Part shown: piece by piece, positions 19,212 through 28,251 of the stretch | Numbering within the stretch: the stretch's first letter is position 1 | How the letters are laid out: the number at the start of each line of letters is the position of its first letter | Source of the DNA: Acidimicrobiales bacterium | Lineage (GTDB): Bacteria; Actinomycetota; Acidimicrobiia; Acidimicrobiales; Bog-793 | DNA length: 64,000 bases | NCBI GenBank assembly: GCA_050015255.1 | Contig: JBEKBT010000004.1 | Span: 3,551-67,550, forward strand | Direction of reading: 5' to 3' | Notes under the pieces: generated by a model | Seen by the model: the letters and a program-made list of their open reading frames with translations, nothing else | The model's database searches: none | Told to the model about the DNA's origin: nothing | Translations under genes and position numbers: made by a program

Positions 19212-21954
19212 ACCCGCGTGAGCGCAAGGCGCGAAACAGCGGTCCGGGACCGACAGGGCGCGGGGCAAGGCGCGCCTTGCAGTCAACGGCGAAGGCGCCG
19301 GTCGCAGAGACGACGATGGGGTTGAGATCGAGCTCGATCAGTTCGGGAACCTGTTCGGCGATCCATGCGACCCGGTCGAGGATCTCGACAAGCGTCCCAC
19401 GATCGACCGGCTGGGAGCCGCGGTAACCACTCAGCAAGGGAGCGGCACGAAGCGAGGCGATCATGGCGTCCGCAGCTCCGGGATCAAGTGGCGGCACCGC
19501 GAAGACGCGGTCGCCGAGCAGGTCGGTCAGCACACCGCCGAGCCCGACCATGACTACGGGACCGAAGTCAGGGTCCGAGGCGAGTCCGGCGATCGCCTCG
19601 ACGCCTGGTGGCGCCATCGGCTGGATCACCGCTCCACCCATCTCGGCTCCAAGGCGAGTCGACATCGTCTCGAACGCCGTGCGCACCGCCTCGGAGCTGT
19701 CCAGCCCGACCACAACTCCGCCGACCTCGGACTTGTGGACGACTTCGCCCGAACGCGCCTTCAGCACGACGGGAAAGCCGATCGACGCCGCGACCGAAGC
19801 GGCCTCTTCGGCGCTCGTCGCTGCCTTGGTCGTCAAGACGGGCAGGCCACATGCCTCGAGCAGGCGTGCCGCCTCGTCGAGCTCGAGCCAGCCGCCCGCC
19901 TCGCTCGTTTGAAGCTTCGCCGTGACGATCTCGCGGACGGCCGAGCCGTCGAAGCGTTCCACGGGCTCCTTGCTCGAGGGCAAGGGCCGCCGGCGCCACT
20001 CGGCGTACCGGCAGACGTGATCGAGGGCCGCCGCCGCGCGCTCCGGAGAGGGCACTTCGGCAGCAGCGCCGGCGTTGTTCGTCGTGGACGGGGGACCACC
20101 CCCGAGGATGCAGGCGACAACGGGCTTGGCCGCGTGCTGCGCCACCCGGGCGGCGGTCGTCCGAGCGTCAGCGGCAGAAAGGGCGACGAGCTCGGTGGTG
20201 ACGATGATCACGGCGTCCACTGCGTCGTCGTTAAGGACCGTCTCGAGCACCTTCTCGAGAGTCGCCGCCGTCCCGTCGGCAGTCATGTCGATCGGGTTCC
20301 CCATCGCCGCGGCGGGGACGAGCACCTCCTTGAGGGCAGCCTTCGTCGTCTCAGCGAGCTCTGGGACGAGGAGCCCGCCCTCTTCGCAAGCGTCGGCGGC
20401 GAGAATGAGAGGACCGCCGGAGTTGCCCACGAGCGCGACTCGCCGCCCCGCGGGAAGCGGCGAAGCGAGGAGGATGGCCGAGACGTCGAGCAGTTCCTCG
20501 AGACGATCGACCTTGATGACGCCCGCTCCGCGAAGAAGCGCCGACACGGTGACCTCCGGGGTTGCCGCGGCCGCGGTGTGCGAACGCGCCCCTCTCGCTC
20601 CTGCCGCGGTTCTCCCGGCTTTCAAGGCCACAATCGGCTTGTGCTCGCCGACGTGTCGGGCGATGCGAGCGAACTTGCGCGGGTTGCCGAGTGATTCGAG
20701 GTACAGCGCCACCACCGAGGTCCGCTTGTCGCGCTCGAAGAAACAGAGCAGATCGTTCGAGCTCACGTCCAGCTTGTTCCCGACCGAGACGAAGTTCGAG
20801 AGTCCGAGACCTGCTGCGCTGGCCTGCTCGGCGAGGACGATTCCAACCGCGCCGGACTGCGAGACGAGGGCGAGTCGACCGGGAAGCGGATCGAGACCGG
20901 TGAAGGTCCCGTTCATGCGAACCTCCGGATCGGTATTGACGACGCCCAAGCAGTTCGGACCGACGATGCGCATCCCGTGGCCGCGGGCGATGCCGAGCAG
21001 CTCCGCTTCGACCTCGGCGCCTGAGCGGCCGGTCTCCGCGAACCCTGCGGTGATGACCGTCACCGCACGCACCTTGCTCGAAGCCGCTTCCTTGAGGACC
21101 TCGGGGACGCCGGTTGCCGGAATCGCCACGAAGGCGAGGTCGATCTGCTCGGGAAGCGAGGAGAGCGCCGGGAACGCCGGCACGCCGCAGATTGCCCGTG
21201 CCGATGGGTTGACGGGATAGACGGTGCCGGAGAAGTCACCGGCGAGGAGCGAGCGCACGAGCTCGTGCCCGAGGCCTCCTCGGTGGCGTCCCGCCCCGAC
21301 GACCGCGATCGAGCGTGGCCGCAGGATCGCGGTGATGCTCGCCACCTCAGCGGTCGCCTCTCGTTCGTCGCAGGAAGCTCGGTACTGCGGTGTCGGCCGG
21401 ATGTCGATCTCGACTCGGACGGTGCCCGCGTTGTCGACCTGGGTGGAGTGAAGGCCGGTTGCCCCGAAGACCTTCAGCATGTCGGTGTTCTCGGCCGGGA
21501 CGTCCGCGAGGAAGCGATCGATCCCCACGCTGCGGGCGTACTCGGCAAGGCTCTCGAAGAGCAACGTCCCGAGGCCATGGTGCTGGTAGGCGCTCGCGAC
21601 GACGAAGGCGACCTCTGCGGCTCGTTGACGAGGACCGAGGCGGTCGTAGGTGGCCAGTGCGACAAGCTCTTCTGAGACGACGGCTACGAAAGCCATCCGA
21701 GAGTGGTAGTCCACCACCCCCGCGGCCTGCGGTGCCTCTCCGGGGCTCATGCCCGCATGGATGCCCAAGCAGTGCCCGTGGATCGTGTCGGGCGTCAGGT
21801 TCGCCTGAAGGGCGCTGAGCAGACCCGCGTCGGCTGGCTCGATCGGACGGACGTGGACCGCCTCGCCGGTTGTGAGCAACCCGTCGAACTCCCAGGACGA
21901 CGGGTATCCGGGTGGCTGCGGGTTCGTTTGCGCGGGATCACTTGAGGTTGGCAT
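19210..21954 (-). CDS. GNAT acetyltransferase fused to ADP-forming acyl-CoA synthetase-like domains (Pat-type protein acetyltransferase)
   Basis: N-terminal GNAT domain (VASAYQHHGLGTLLFESL). This is followed by CoA-binding (IAVVGAG...VYPVNP), succinyl-CoA-ligase-like and C-terminal ATP-grasp regions. I set the start to ATG 21954, which follows GAGGAGG. Confidence 0.85.
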   Translation of the reverse strand: MPTSSDPAQTNPQPPGYPSSWEFDGLLTTGEAVHVRPIEPADAGLLSALQANLTPDTIHGHCLGIHAGMSPGEAPQAAGVVDYHSRMAFVAVVSEELVALATYDRLGPRQRAAEVAFVVASAYQHHGLGTLLFESLAEYARSVGIDRFLADVPAENTDMLKVFGATGLHSTQVDNAGTVRVEIDIRPTPQYRASCDEREATAEVASITAILRPRSIAVVGAGRHRGGLGHELVRSLLAGDFSGTVYPVNPSARAICGVPAFPALSSLPEQIDLAFVAIPATGVPEVLKEAASSKVRAVTVITAGFAETGRSGAEVEAELLGIARGHGMRIVGPNCLGVVNTDPEVRMNGTFTGLDPLPGRLALVSQSGAVGIVLAEQASAAGLGLSNFVSVGNKLDVSSNDLLCFFERDKRTSVVALYLESLGNPRKFARIARHVGEHKPIVALKAGRTAAGARGARSHTAAAATPEVTVSALLRGAGVIKVDRLEELLDVSAILLASPLPAGRRVALVGNSGGPLILAADACEEGGLLVPELAETTKAALKEVLVPAAAMGNPIDMTADGTAATLEKVLETVLNDDAVDAVIIVTTELVALSAADARTTAARVAQHAAKPVVACILGGGPPSTTNNAGAAAEVPSPERAAAALDHVCRYAEWRRRPLPSSKEPVERFDGSAVREIVTAKLQTSEAGGWLELDEAARLLEACGLPVLTTKAATSAEEAASVAASIGFPVVLKARSGEVVHKSEVGGVVVGLDSSEAVRTAFETMSTRLGAEMGGAVIQPMAPPGVEAIAGLASDPDFGPVVMVGLGGVLTDLLGDRVFAVPPLDPGAADAMIASLRAAPLLSGYRGSQPVDRGTLVEILDRVAWIAEQVPELIELDLNPIVVSATGAFAVDCKARLAPRPVGPGPLFRALRSRG

Positions 21955-22103
21955 GGCCGCCTCCTCTTCGACCGCGAGCATGGCGGCGATAAAGGCCTGC
22001 TGCTAGGGCCGAACGACCCGAGAAGGGAGTTCCGGAATGCCGATCAGGACCTTTGCCCCTGGTGCGTTGTGCTGGCGCGGGCCACGCTGGTGGGAGGCCC
22101 CGT

Positions 22104-22143
22104 TCGGATAGGGGGACAATTCGGATAGGGGGACAATGCGGAT
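22104..22143 (+). repeat. 17-bp tandem duplication spanning the pfkA ribosome-binding site and start codon
   Basis: TCGGATAGGGGGACAAT occurs at 22104-22120 and 22121-22137, followed by a partial third copy GCGGAT. The second copy supplies the AT of the ATG at 22136. The first copy has ATT at the equivalent position. Confidence 0.9.
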
Positions 22144-23128
22144 CGGCGTGATGACAGGTGGCGGTGATTGCCCGGGGCTGAACGCCGCCATCCGGGCGGT
22201 CGTGCGGACCGCGGGCGCTGCCGGGGACGAGATCATCGGCTTCCATCATGGGTGGCTGGGTCTCGCGCAAGGAGAGGCTTCACCGCTGACGCCAGCGGAC
22301 ACGAAGGGGCTTCTCCAAAGTGGGGGCACGATCCTTCGTACGGCGCGCTACCACCCTGACGAACACGAGGGAGGCGTCCCGGCGGTGCTGGCGACACTCG
22401 AGCGTGAGCGGCTGGACGCGCTCATCGTGATCGGGGGCGACGGGACCCTCGGCTCGGCGAGCCGCATCGCGGAGCTCGGTGTGCCGATCGTCGGCATCCC
22501 GAAGACGATCGACAACGACGTGTTCGGAACGAAACGCTGCATCGGCTTCGACACCGCCGTCGCCACCGCGGCTGACGCGATCGACCGGGTGCAGACGACC
22601 GGAGAGAGCCACGATCGGTTGATGGTCGTCGAGGTGATGGGACGATCGACGGGGTGGTTGGCGGTCTGCGCCGGGATCTCCGCGGGCGCCGACGCCCTCT
22701 GCCTGCCCGAGGAGAAGACCGATCTCGACCAGCTCGCTGCGGCGATCCGGAGACGTCACGACGCGGGATCGTCCTCCTCGGTTGTCGTCGTGGCGGAAGG
22801 CGCGAAATTAGTTGGCTCGAGGCGCAGTTCCGAGGGTACGGCCGGATCGCGGGCCTCGACGGGGCTGGCCGAGCGCACCGGCTACGAGACCCGTCTCACC
22901 GTGCTCGGGCACATCCAGCGCGGTGGCCCGCCGTCGGCCGCCGACCGGCTGCTCGCCACGACCTGCGGAGTGGGCGCGATCAACGCGATCCATGCGAGTC
23001 AGTTCGGCTCGTTGGTCTCTGTAGCCGACGACGCCATCAACCTCGTGCCGCTCGAGCTCGTGGCCGAGTCCCGGCGCCCAGTGCCCGAGTTGCTGCTCGA
23101 TGTGGCGCGCAAGCTGACCGTCCGGTGA
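22136..23128 (+). CDS. pfkA: 6-phosphofructokinase (ATP- or PPi-dependent)
   Basis: Motifs MRIGVMTGGGDCPGLNAAIR, GGDGTLG, IPKTIDND and EVMGRSTGW. Confidence 0.92.
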   Translation: MRIGVMTGGGDCPGLNAAIRAVVRTAGAAGDEIIGFHHGWLGLAQGEASPLTPADTKGLLQSGGTILRTARYHPDEHEGGVPAVLATLERERLDALIVIGGDGTLGSASRIAELGVPIVGIPKTIDNDVFGTKRCIGFDTAVATAADAIDRVQTTGESHDRLMVVEVMGRSTGWLAVCAGISAGADALCLPEEKTDLDQLAAAIRRRHDAGSSSSVVVVAEGAKLVGSRRSSEGTAGSRASTGLAERTGYETRLTVLGHIQRGGPPSAADRLLATTCGVGAINAIHASQFGSLVSVADDAINLVPLELVAESRRPVPELLLDVARKLTVR

Positions 23129-23165
23129 GCCTCGCCTGGATCGGCGCGGCCCCAGGCTCGGAGGC

Positions 23166-23408
23166 CTACTGCTCGTAGCCCTCGACGATCTCCGGAGGCC
23201 GCGTGCTCGTGCTCGAAGCGTCCTGATTGAACTCCCGGCGTGCCCGCCTTTGGCGCAGCAGGTCCCACGCCTGGTCGAGAGCGACCTGGACCTCTCTCAA
23301 GCGCTGCTCCTGCTCGACGGTGGCGCGCGACCCGATATGGCCCTCCTCGAGCTCGCGTTCTTCGGCGACGAGCCTCGCGATGCGGGTGTGCAGGTCTTTG
23401 TCGTCCAT
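23166..23408 (-). CDS. DUF2630 family protein
   Basis: 80-aa charged helical protein (DLHTRIARLVAEERELE...LREVQVALDQAWDLLRQRRA). This is the typical actinobacterial DUF2630 pattern as I recall it. Confidence 0.65.
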   Translation of the reverse strand: MDDKDLHTRIARLVAEERELEEGHIGSRATVEQEQRLREVQVALDQAWDLLRQRRARREFNQDASSTSTRPPEIVEGYEQ

Positions 23409-23463
23409 CTAGTGCCTCCGTTGCCCGTGACGATGACAATGTCGGAAACCCATCACAACAACC

Positions 23464-24576
23464 TCAGTCGAGGACGCGCACGCACAAGATGGGCGGCAGG
23501 TAGGAGGCGACAAGGCGCCACGACTCGCCGCTGTCCATCGAGGCGAAGACGTGCCCGGACTTGGAGCCGAACACGAGCGGGTAGGGCGGTTCCGACCCGA
23601 TGGCGAACGCGTCGCGGAGAACGGTCAGGTAAGCGTTGGTGCCCGGCAGGCCATCGGCCAGCGCCTCCCAGCTGAACCCGCCGTCTGTGGTCCGGTACAC
23701 GCAGCAACGGCCTTGCGGCGTGCAGCGGAAGATGTCTGATTCGAGGGGCACCACGTAGGCGGTCTCGGGCTCGGCGGGGTGCGAGAGGACCGGGAAGCCG
23801 AAGTCCGACGGCAGGCCGTTGGCCTCGCCGACGTGGCCGGCGGGCTCCCAGTGCTCGCCGGCGTCAGCGGTCCTGTAGACGCCCGAATGGGTCTGGGCCC
23901 ACAAGACGTCGGGATTGAGGGCGTCCACGGCGAGCTTGTGCACGCACCGGCCGACTCCAGGCGAAGGGTCGGGCGGAGCTTGGGCCTCGATCCCGTCGTT
24001 TGACGCCACCCAGTTGTCCCCGCCGTCGTCGGAGCGGTAGATGCCCGCCGCGGAGATCGCCACGACGACACGCGCGGGGCGCTGCGGATGGGTGAGGACG
24101 CTGTGCAGAGCGAGCCCACAGCGGCCAGGCTCCCAAGTTGGCCGGTCAGGATGTTCGAAGAGCCCTCGAACGAGCTCGAAGCTGTCACCGCGGTCGTCGG
24201 AGCGCAAGAGCGCAGCCGGGTCCAGACCTGCCCAGATGGTGCCCTCGGCATCCGGCCTCCGGTCGACGTGAAGCTGCCACACCGCGACAGGTGCGGTTCC
24301 GCCGTCTGCCGGCAGGGTCGCCGGAATGGCGCCGAGCTCGTCCCAGCTGACGCCCCCGTCGTCGCTCCCTCGCACGGTCGGCCCGGACCCGGTGCCGGTC
24401 GAGCCTGCAAGGAAACGGCCGGGGAGCTGTGCAAAGGCACCGACGGCCTCACCGGCCAGGAGGGGCCCGTCGACCGCGCTGTCGCTGACGAAGAAGAGTC
24501 CCTTGGTGGTGCCGACTGCCAGGGCGAGATGGTCGACGGCTCTTGCACGGAACTTCGAAGCAGTCACAAAAGTCAC
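23464..24576 (-). CDS. BNR/Asp-box repeat beta-propeller protein (sialidase-like / Ycf48-like fold)
   Basis: Six SxDxGxxW-type boxes: SDDGGVSW, SDDRGDSF, SDDGGDNW, TADAGEHW, TTDGGFSW and SMDSGESW. The ORF extends to 24948, but that part overlaps the opposite-strand riboflavin kinase gene. The likely start is GTG 24576 or 24567. Confidence 0.75.
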   Translation of the reverse strand: MTFVTASKFRARAVDHLALAVGTTKGLFFVSDSAVDGPLLAGEAVGAFAQLPGRFLAGSTGTGSGPTVRGSDDGGVSWDELGAIPATLPADGGTAPVAVWQLHVDRRPDAEGTIWAGLDPAALLRSDDRGDSFELVRGLFEHPDRPTWEPGRCGLALHSVLTHPQRPARVVVAISAAGIYRSDDGGDNWVASNDGIEAQAPPDPSPGVGRCVHKLAVDALNPDVLWAQTHSGVYRTADAGEHWEPAGHVGEANGLPSDFGFPVLSHPAEPETAYVVPLESDIFRCTPQGRCCVYRTTDGGFSWEALADGLPGTNAYLTVLRDAFAIGSEPPYPLVFGSKSGHVFASMDSGESWRLVASYLPPILCVRVLD

Positions 24577-24654
24577 GGGGAGAGTATGTACCGCGTGAGC
24601 TGGCTCGCGTGGGATTGACCCGAGAGGTTGCTCGGCAGGCTTTAGGTTTGGGGT

Positions 24655-25032
24655 GTGGATTCTTCCGTCGAGGGGACCGTCGTGACGGGTGATCGGCGCG
24701 GCCGCAAGCTCGGTTTCCCCACCGCGAATGTGAGGATCGGTGCCGGCGTCGATCTTCCGGACGGGGTTTACGCAGGTACCGTCGAGCTCGAGGACGGGAC
24801 CAGGCACACAGCCGCGGTCTCGGTGGGTCGCCGCCCGCAGTACTACGAGGCCGGCGAGCGGCTCGTCGAGGCTTACCTGCTCGAGTTCGACCGCGACCTT
24901 TACGGCCAGAAGATCCGCGTCGAGATCGGCCCGCTCCTGCGCGGCCAACGCGTCTATGCGAGCGAGGACGAGTTGGCCGCTCAGATAGCGAGCGATGTGG
25001 AGGCCGTCCGGGCCCTCGACCGCCGAGGCTGA
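24655..25032 (+). CDS. monofunctional riboflavin kinase (RibF C-terminal domain type)
   Basis: 125 aa with GTVVTGDRRGRKLGFPTANV, GVYAG, EAYLLEFDRDLYG and a GTG start. It lacks the FAD-synthetase N-terminal domain. Confidence 0.8.
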   Translation: MDSSVEGTVVTGDRRGRKLGFPTANVRIGAGVDLPDGVYAGTVELEDGTRHTAAVSVGRRPQYYEAGERLVEAYLLEFDRDLYGQKIRVEIGPLLRGQRVYASEDELAAQIASDVEAVRALDRRG

Positions 25033-25055
25033 GCTCGACCGCCGAGGCTGAGCTC
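25015..25055 (+). repeat. 19-bp perfect tandem duplication across the riboflavin-kinase stop codon
   Basis: CTCGACCGCCGAGGCTGAG occurs at 25015-25033 and 25034-25052, then a partial CTC. The second copy runs into the 14-bp palindrome GGCTGAGCTCAGCC. Confidence 0.9.
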
Positions 25056-25267
25056 AGCCCCCGAGCCCGGCACTGGCGCTCGTACTGACAGAAGTTGGCG
25101 CTGGAGGCGGTGACCTCTTCCTGCGACCTGTTCAGCCACCTTGCCGGTGAGTGCGAGCCGACAGGTACGCTTGCCGAGGCGGCCGCGATCGAGAGGTCGG
25201 CGTACCCGGTCTGTCGGCAGCGCCGTGAAGGTGGAGCACCGTATCACGAGGAGGAGCGCTCGGGCAG

Positions 25268-25492
25268 ATGGACTTGGACTCCGGTGGGCTAGGCGAGGAC
25301 GCCGTCGGCAAGATCGGACGCGTCTCTGTGCCGATTTCCCAGGGCGTCCCCGGCGAGGTGATCATCCAAATCCGCGGGGGATCGGAGGCCTACACGGCGT
25401 ACACTGAGAGCGAAGAGCCGCTCACGGTGAACACGCGTGTCGTCGTCGTGGAGCAGCTGTCGTCGCGGACGCTGCTTGTGACGAGCTGCTGA
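25268..25492 (+). CDS. short NfeD-like OB-fold protein
   Basis: 74 aa (GKIGRVSVPISQGVPGEVIIQIRGGSEAYTAYTE...RVVVVEQLSSRTLLV), resembling the soluble C-terminal domain of NfeD. GAGGAGGAG lies upstream. An in-frame stop at 25226-25228 excludes a longer membrane N-terminus. It lies immediately upstream of the flotillin gene. Confidence 0.65.
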   Translation: MDLDSGGLGEDAVGKIGRVSVPISQGVPGEVIIQIRGGSEAYTAYTESEEPLTVNTRVVVVEQLSSRTLLVTSC

Positions 25493-25514
25493 TCCGCCGA
25501 GAGAAAGAGGGCGG

Positions 25515-26675
25515 ATGTTCTTCTACAAAATCCCAGCGCCGAACGAGGCCATGGTGGTCTCCGGGTCCAAGCGCGGCAGCGACGGTAGCCAGTTCCGCAT
25601 TGTGACGGGCAAGGGGGCCTTCGTTCTACCTTGGACGAACAAGGCCCGTTGGCTCTCGCTCGACCTCAGGGAAGCGCTCATCTCCGAGACTTGTGTGACC
25701 AAGCTGCGCATCCCGCTCACTGTCGAGGCAGTGGCGGTCTTCAAGGTCGGAGACGACAACGCTTCGATCGCCAACGCGGCGCGTCGTTTCCTCGACCAGC
25801 AGCAGGGGATGGAGAAGCTCACCGCCCAGGTGCTCGCGGGGCATCTCCGCTCGATCGTCGGCGGCCTCACGGTCGAGGAGATCATCGGTGACCGCAACCG
25901 GGTGGCCCAAGAGGTCAAGGCTGCCTCGACCGACGAGATGGAAAAGCTCGGGCTCGTGATCGACGCCTTCCAGATCCAAGAGATCAAGGACTCCACCGGT
26001 TACATCAACAATCTCGCGGCTCCGCACGCGGCGGCAGTCGCTCGTGACGCGCGCATCGCTGCCGCGCAAGCCGACCAAGCGGCCACGGAGAAGGAGCAGG
26101 AGGCCAACGCCTTGAAGGCCGGCTTCGTGCGTGAGGCCGAGATCAAGCAGGCGGGCTACCGGGCCGAGATCGAGCAGGCCCAGGCCGCTGCGAACCAGGC
26201 CGGCCCGCTGGCACAAGCCAAGGCGAGCCAACAGGTGACCCAAGAGCAGACGAGGCTTGCCGCCCTGCAGGCGGAAAAGCGCGAGAAGGACCTCATCGCT
26301 GAGGTCGAGAAGCCTGCCGACGCCGACGCCTACCGCACGATCCGCCTCGCCGAGGCCGACAGGGACGCCATCAAGGCGAGGGCCGAGGCGCTCGCCGGCG
26401 GCAACCAGAGCCTCATCGCGGCCAACAGGATCGTCGAGCAGCTTCCGGCCCTCGTGGAGGCCGCGGCCAAGGGGCTCGCCGGGGCGAACATAGTTCTCGT
26501 CAACGGCACCGAGGGCGTGACGGACCTGATCACCAATCTCGTCACTCAGGGATACTCGATCTACGAGGCGGTCAAGGGGGGTGTTCCCCAGACGTCGACG
26601 AAGCTGTTCGAGGTGCCTGTCGGCAACGGCGCCGTGCCGGTGGTGACAGGCGATCAGAACCCTGCCGAGACGTAG
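25515..26675 (+). CDS. flotillin / SPFH (band 7) domain protein
   Basis: 386 aa. SPFH core (LRIPLTVEAVAVFKVGDD..., LRSIVGGLTVEEI) followed by a long Ala/Glu/Gln-rich coiled-coil flotillin repeat region. Confidence 0.85.
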   Translation: MFFYKIPAPNEAMVVSGSKRGSDGSQFRIVTGKGAFVLPWTNKARWLSLDLREALISETCVTKLRIPLTVEAVAVFKVGDDNASIANAARRFLDQQQGMEKLTAQVLAGHLRSIVGGLTVEEIIGDRNRVAQEVKAASTDEMEKLGLVIDAFQIQEIKDSTGYINNLAAPHAAAVARDARIAAAQADQAATEKEQEANALKAGFVREAEIKQAGYRAEIEQAQAAANQAGPLAQAKASQQVTQEQTRLAALQAEKREKDLIAEVEKPADADAYRTIRLAEADRDAIKARAEALAGGNQSLIAANRIVEQLPALVEAAAKGLAGANIVLVNGTEGVTDLITNLVTQGYSIYEAVKGGVPQTSTKLFEVPVGNGAVPVVTGDQNPAET

Positions 26676-27422
26676 GTGTTCGAGCGGTTCACCGATCGGG
26701 CACGGAGGGTACTGGTCCTCGCCCAGGAGGAGGCCCGCCTCCTCAACCACGGCTTCATCGGGACCGAGCACATCCTCCTTGGTCTCATCCACGAGGGCGA
26801 CGGGATCGCGGCTCAAGCGCTCGAGTCGCTCGCGATCTCCCTCGAGGCGGTGCGGGACAGGGTCGAGGAGGCCGTCGGGCCCGCCGGGTCGACGGCCCCG
26901 ACCGGATCGCCGCCGTTCACGCCCCGGGCCAAGAAGGTCCTCGAGCTGTCGCTCCGGGAGGCGCTCCAGCTCGGTCACAACTACATCGGCACCGAGCACA
27001 TCCTGCTCGGGCTCGTCCGGGAGGGCGAGGGCGTCGCCGCCCAGGTCCTCGTCAGCCTCGGCGCCGACCTGCTCCGGGTCCGCGCGACTGTCATCGAGCT
27101 GCTTGCGGATTATCCGCGCTCTCCTGGCGAGGCGAGGGGGAGCCTTGCGCAGCTTCAACGCCGCCGGTACAGGCCGGGGGCGGTGTCGGTCGGAAAGGAA
27201 TGGTCAGCCCAGGTGACGCGAGCGGGGCGGAGGCCGGAGGACTACGCGCAAGCCTACGCGGAGCTCGCGGAGCTGGTCGACACCTTCGGCTTCGACCTCG
27301 AGGAGATGGACGGCAAGGAGATCACCTGTATCTCGGTCGAGACCAGCGAGGGCCCCGGCTTCACGGTGAGCCTGCGTCACCGGATGGAGGACGGACCGCC
27401 TGAGAACGTTTCAGCTACCTGA
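26676..27422 (+). CDS. orphan Clp N-terminal (Clp R) repeat-domain protein
   Basis: Two Clp_N repeats (FTDRARRVLVLAQEEARLLNHGFIGTEHILLGLI and FTPRAKKVLELSLREALQLGHNYIGTEHILLGLV) with no AAA+ module. The GTG start directly abuts the flotillin TAG. Confidence 0.8.
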   Translation: MFERFTDRARRVLVLAQEEARLLNHGFIGTEHILLGLIHEGDGIAAQALESLAISLEAVRDRVEEAVGPAGSTAPTGSPPFTPRAKKVLELSLREALQLGHNYIGTEHILLGLVREGEGVAAQVLVSLGADLLRVRATVIELLADYPRSPGEARGSLAQLQRRRYRPGAVSVGKEWSAQVTRAGRRPEDYAQAYAELAELVDTFGFDLEEMDGKEITCISVETSEGPGFTVSLRHRMEDGPPENVSAT

Positions 27423-28251
27423 CTCCCGGGCTCTCCAACGGGTGAGCCGTGATCTCGACCGGGGCTCCGAAGGCGGCCCGGTGGCTTGCCCGACGCAAGG
27501 CGGCGAGCACGGGGCGACCGGCGACGAGAATGAGGCTGGCGTTCAGCGCGGCACGGGGCAGGTCGAAGCCGAACGAGCTCGAGAGGTGGAACAAGAGGAA
27601 ACGGACCAGGTTGTGCGCCACCGAGGCCCCGGATCGGAACGATAGGGTCGAGGAGGTGCCGGTGCCGAAGGGCCAGAACCACAGGTCCATCAGCAGGCCG
27701 TAGGCAAGGCAGGCAAGGGCCGCGTAGGCCGCCAGGACGACGAGCTCGCGACGGCCCCTCAAGTGCGGCAGGCAGCCGGCGCCATAGCCCATCCAGGCGG
27801 CCGCCATCATCTGGAACGGCAACCACGGGCCGACGCCTCCGGTGACGAGCGCCGAGGTGAAAAGCGTCAGTGCTCCGAGCAGGAAGCCGAAGTGGCGCCC
27901 GAGGACATAGCCGGCCGGGAACAACAAGAAGAAGACCGGTTCGAACCCGGCCGCACCACCGGAGGGGAGCCGCAGCGCCGCCCCGCAAGCCCCCAGCACA
28001 CCGAGCATGGCGACGCCTTTTGCGTCCATGCCGCCGGAGCTGAACTCGCCGAGCACCGCGACGAGCAAGAGGGGGAGAAGGACCGCCACGATCCAGGGGG
28101 CGTCGCCGGCGTGGGCCTGGTTCATCGCCGCGTGCGCCGGGATGAAAAGCGGCCATAGAAACGAGACGGCCCCGAGCACCGAGGCGATCGCGATCGCGAG
28201 ACCCCCGACCCGGTCGAGACCGACCGGGCGGCCGGTGCGCGCGGTGCTCAT
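27415..28251 (-). CDS. ECF transporter substrate-specific (S) component
   Basis: Polytopic membrane protein of about 278 aa. ATG 28251 overlaps the upstream ATPase stop (ATGA). It is the last gene of the riboswitch-controlled operon. Confidence 0.7.
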   Translation of the reverse strand: MSTARTGRPVGLDRVGGLAIAIASVLGAVSFLWPLFIPAHAAMNQAHAGDAPWIVAVLLPLLLVAVLGEFSSGGMDAKGVAMLGVLGACGAALRLPSGGAAGFEPVFFLLFPAGYVLGRHFGFLLGALTLFTSALVTGGVGPWLPFQMMAAAWMGYGAGCLPHLRGRRELVVLAAYAALACLAYGLLMDLWFWPFGTGTSSTLSFRSGASVAHNLVRFLLFHLSSSFGFDLPRAALNASLILVAGRPVLAALRRASHRAAFGAPVEITAHPLESPGVR

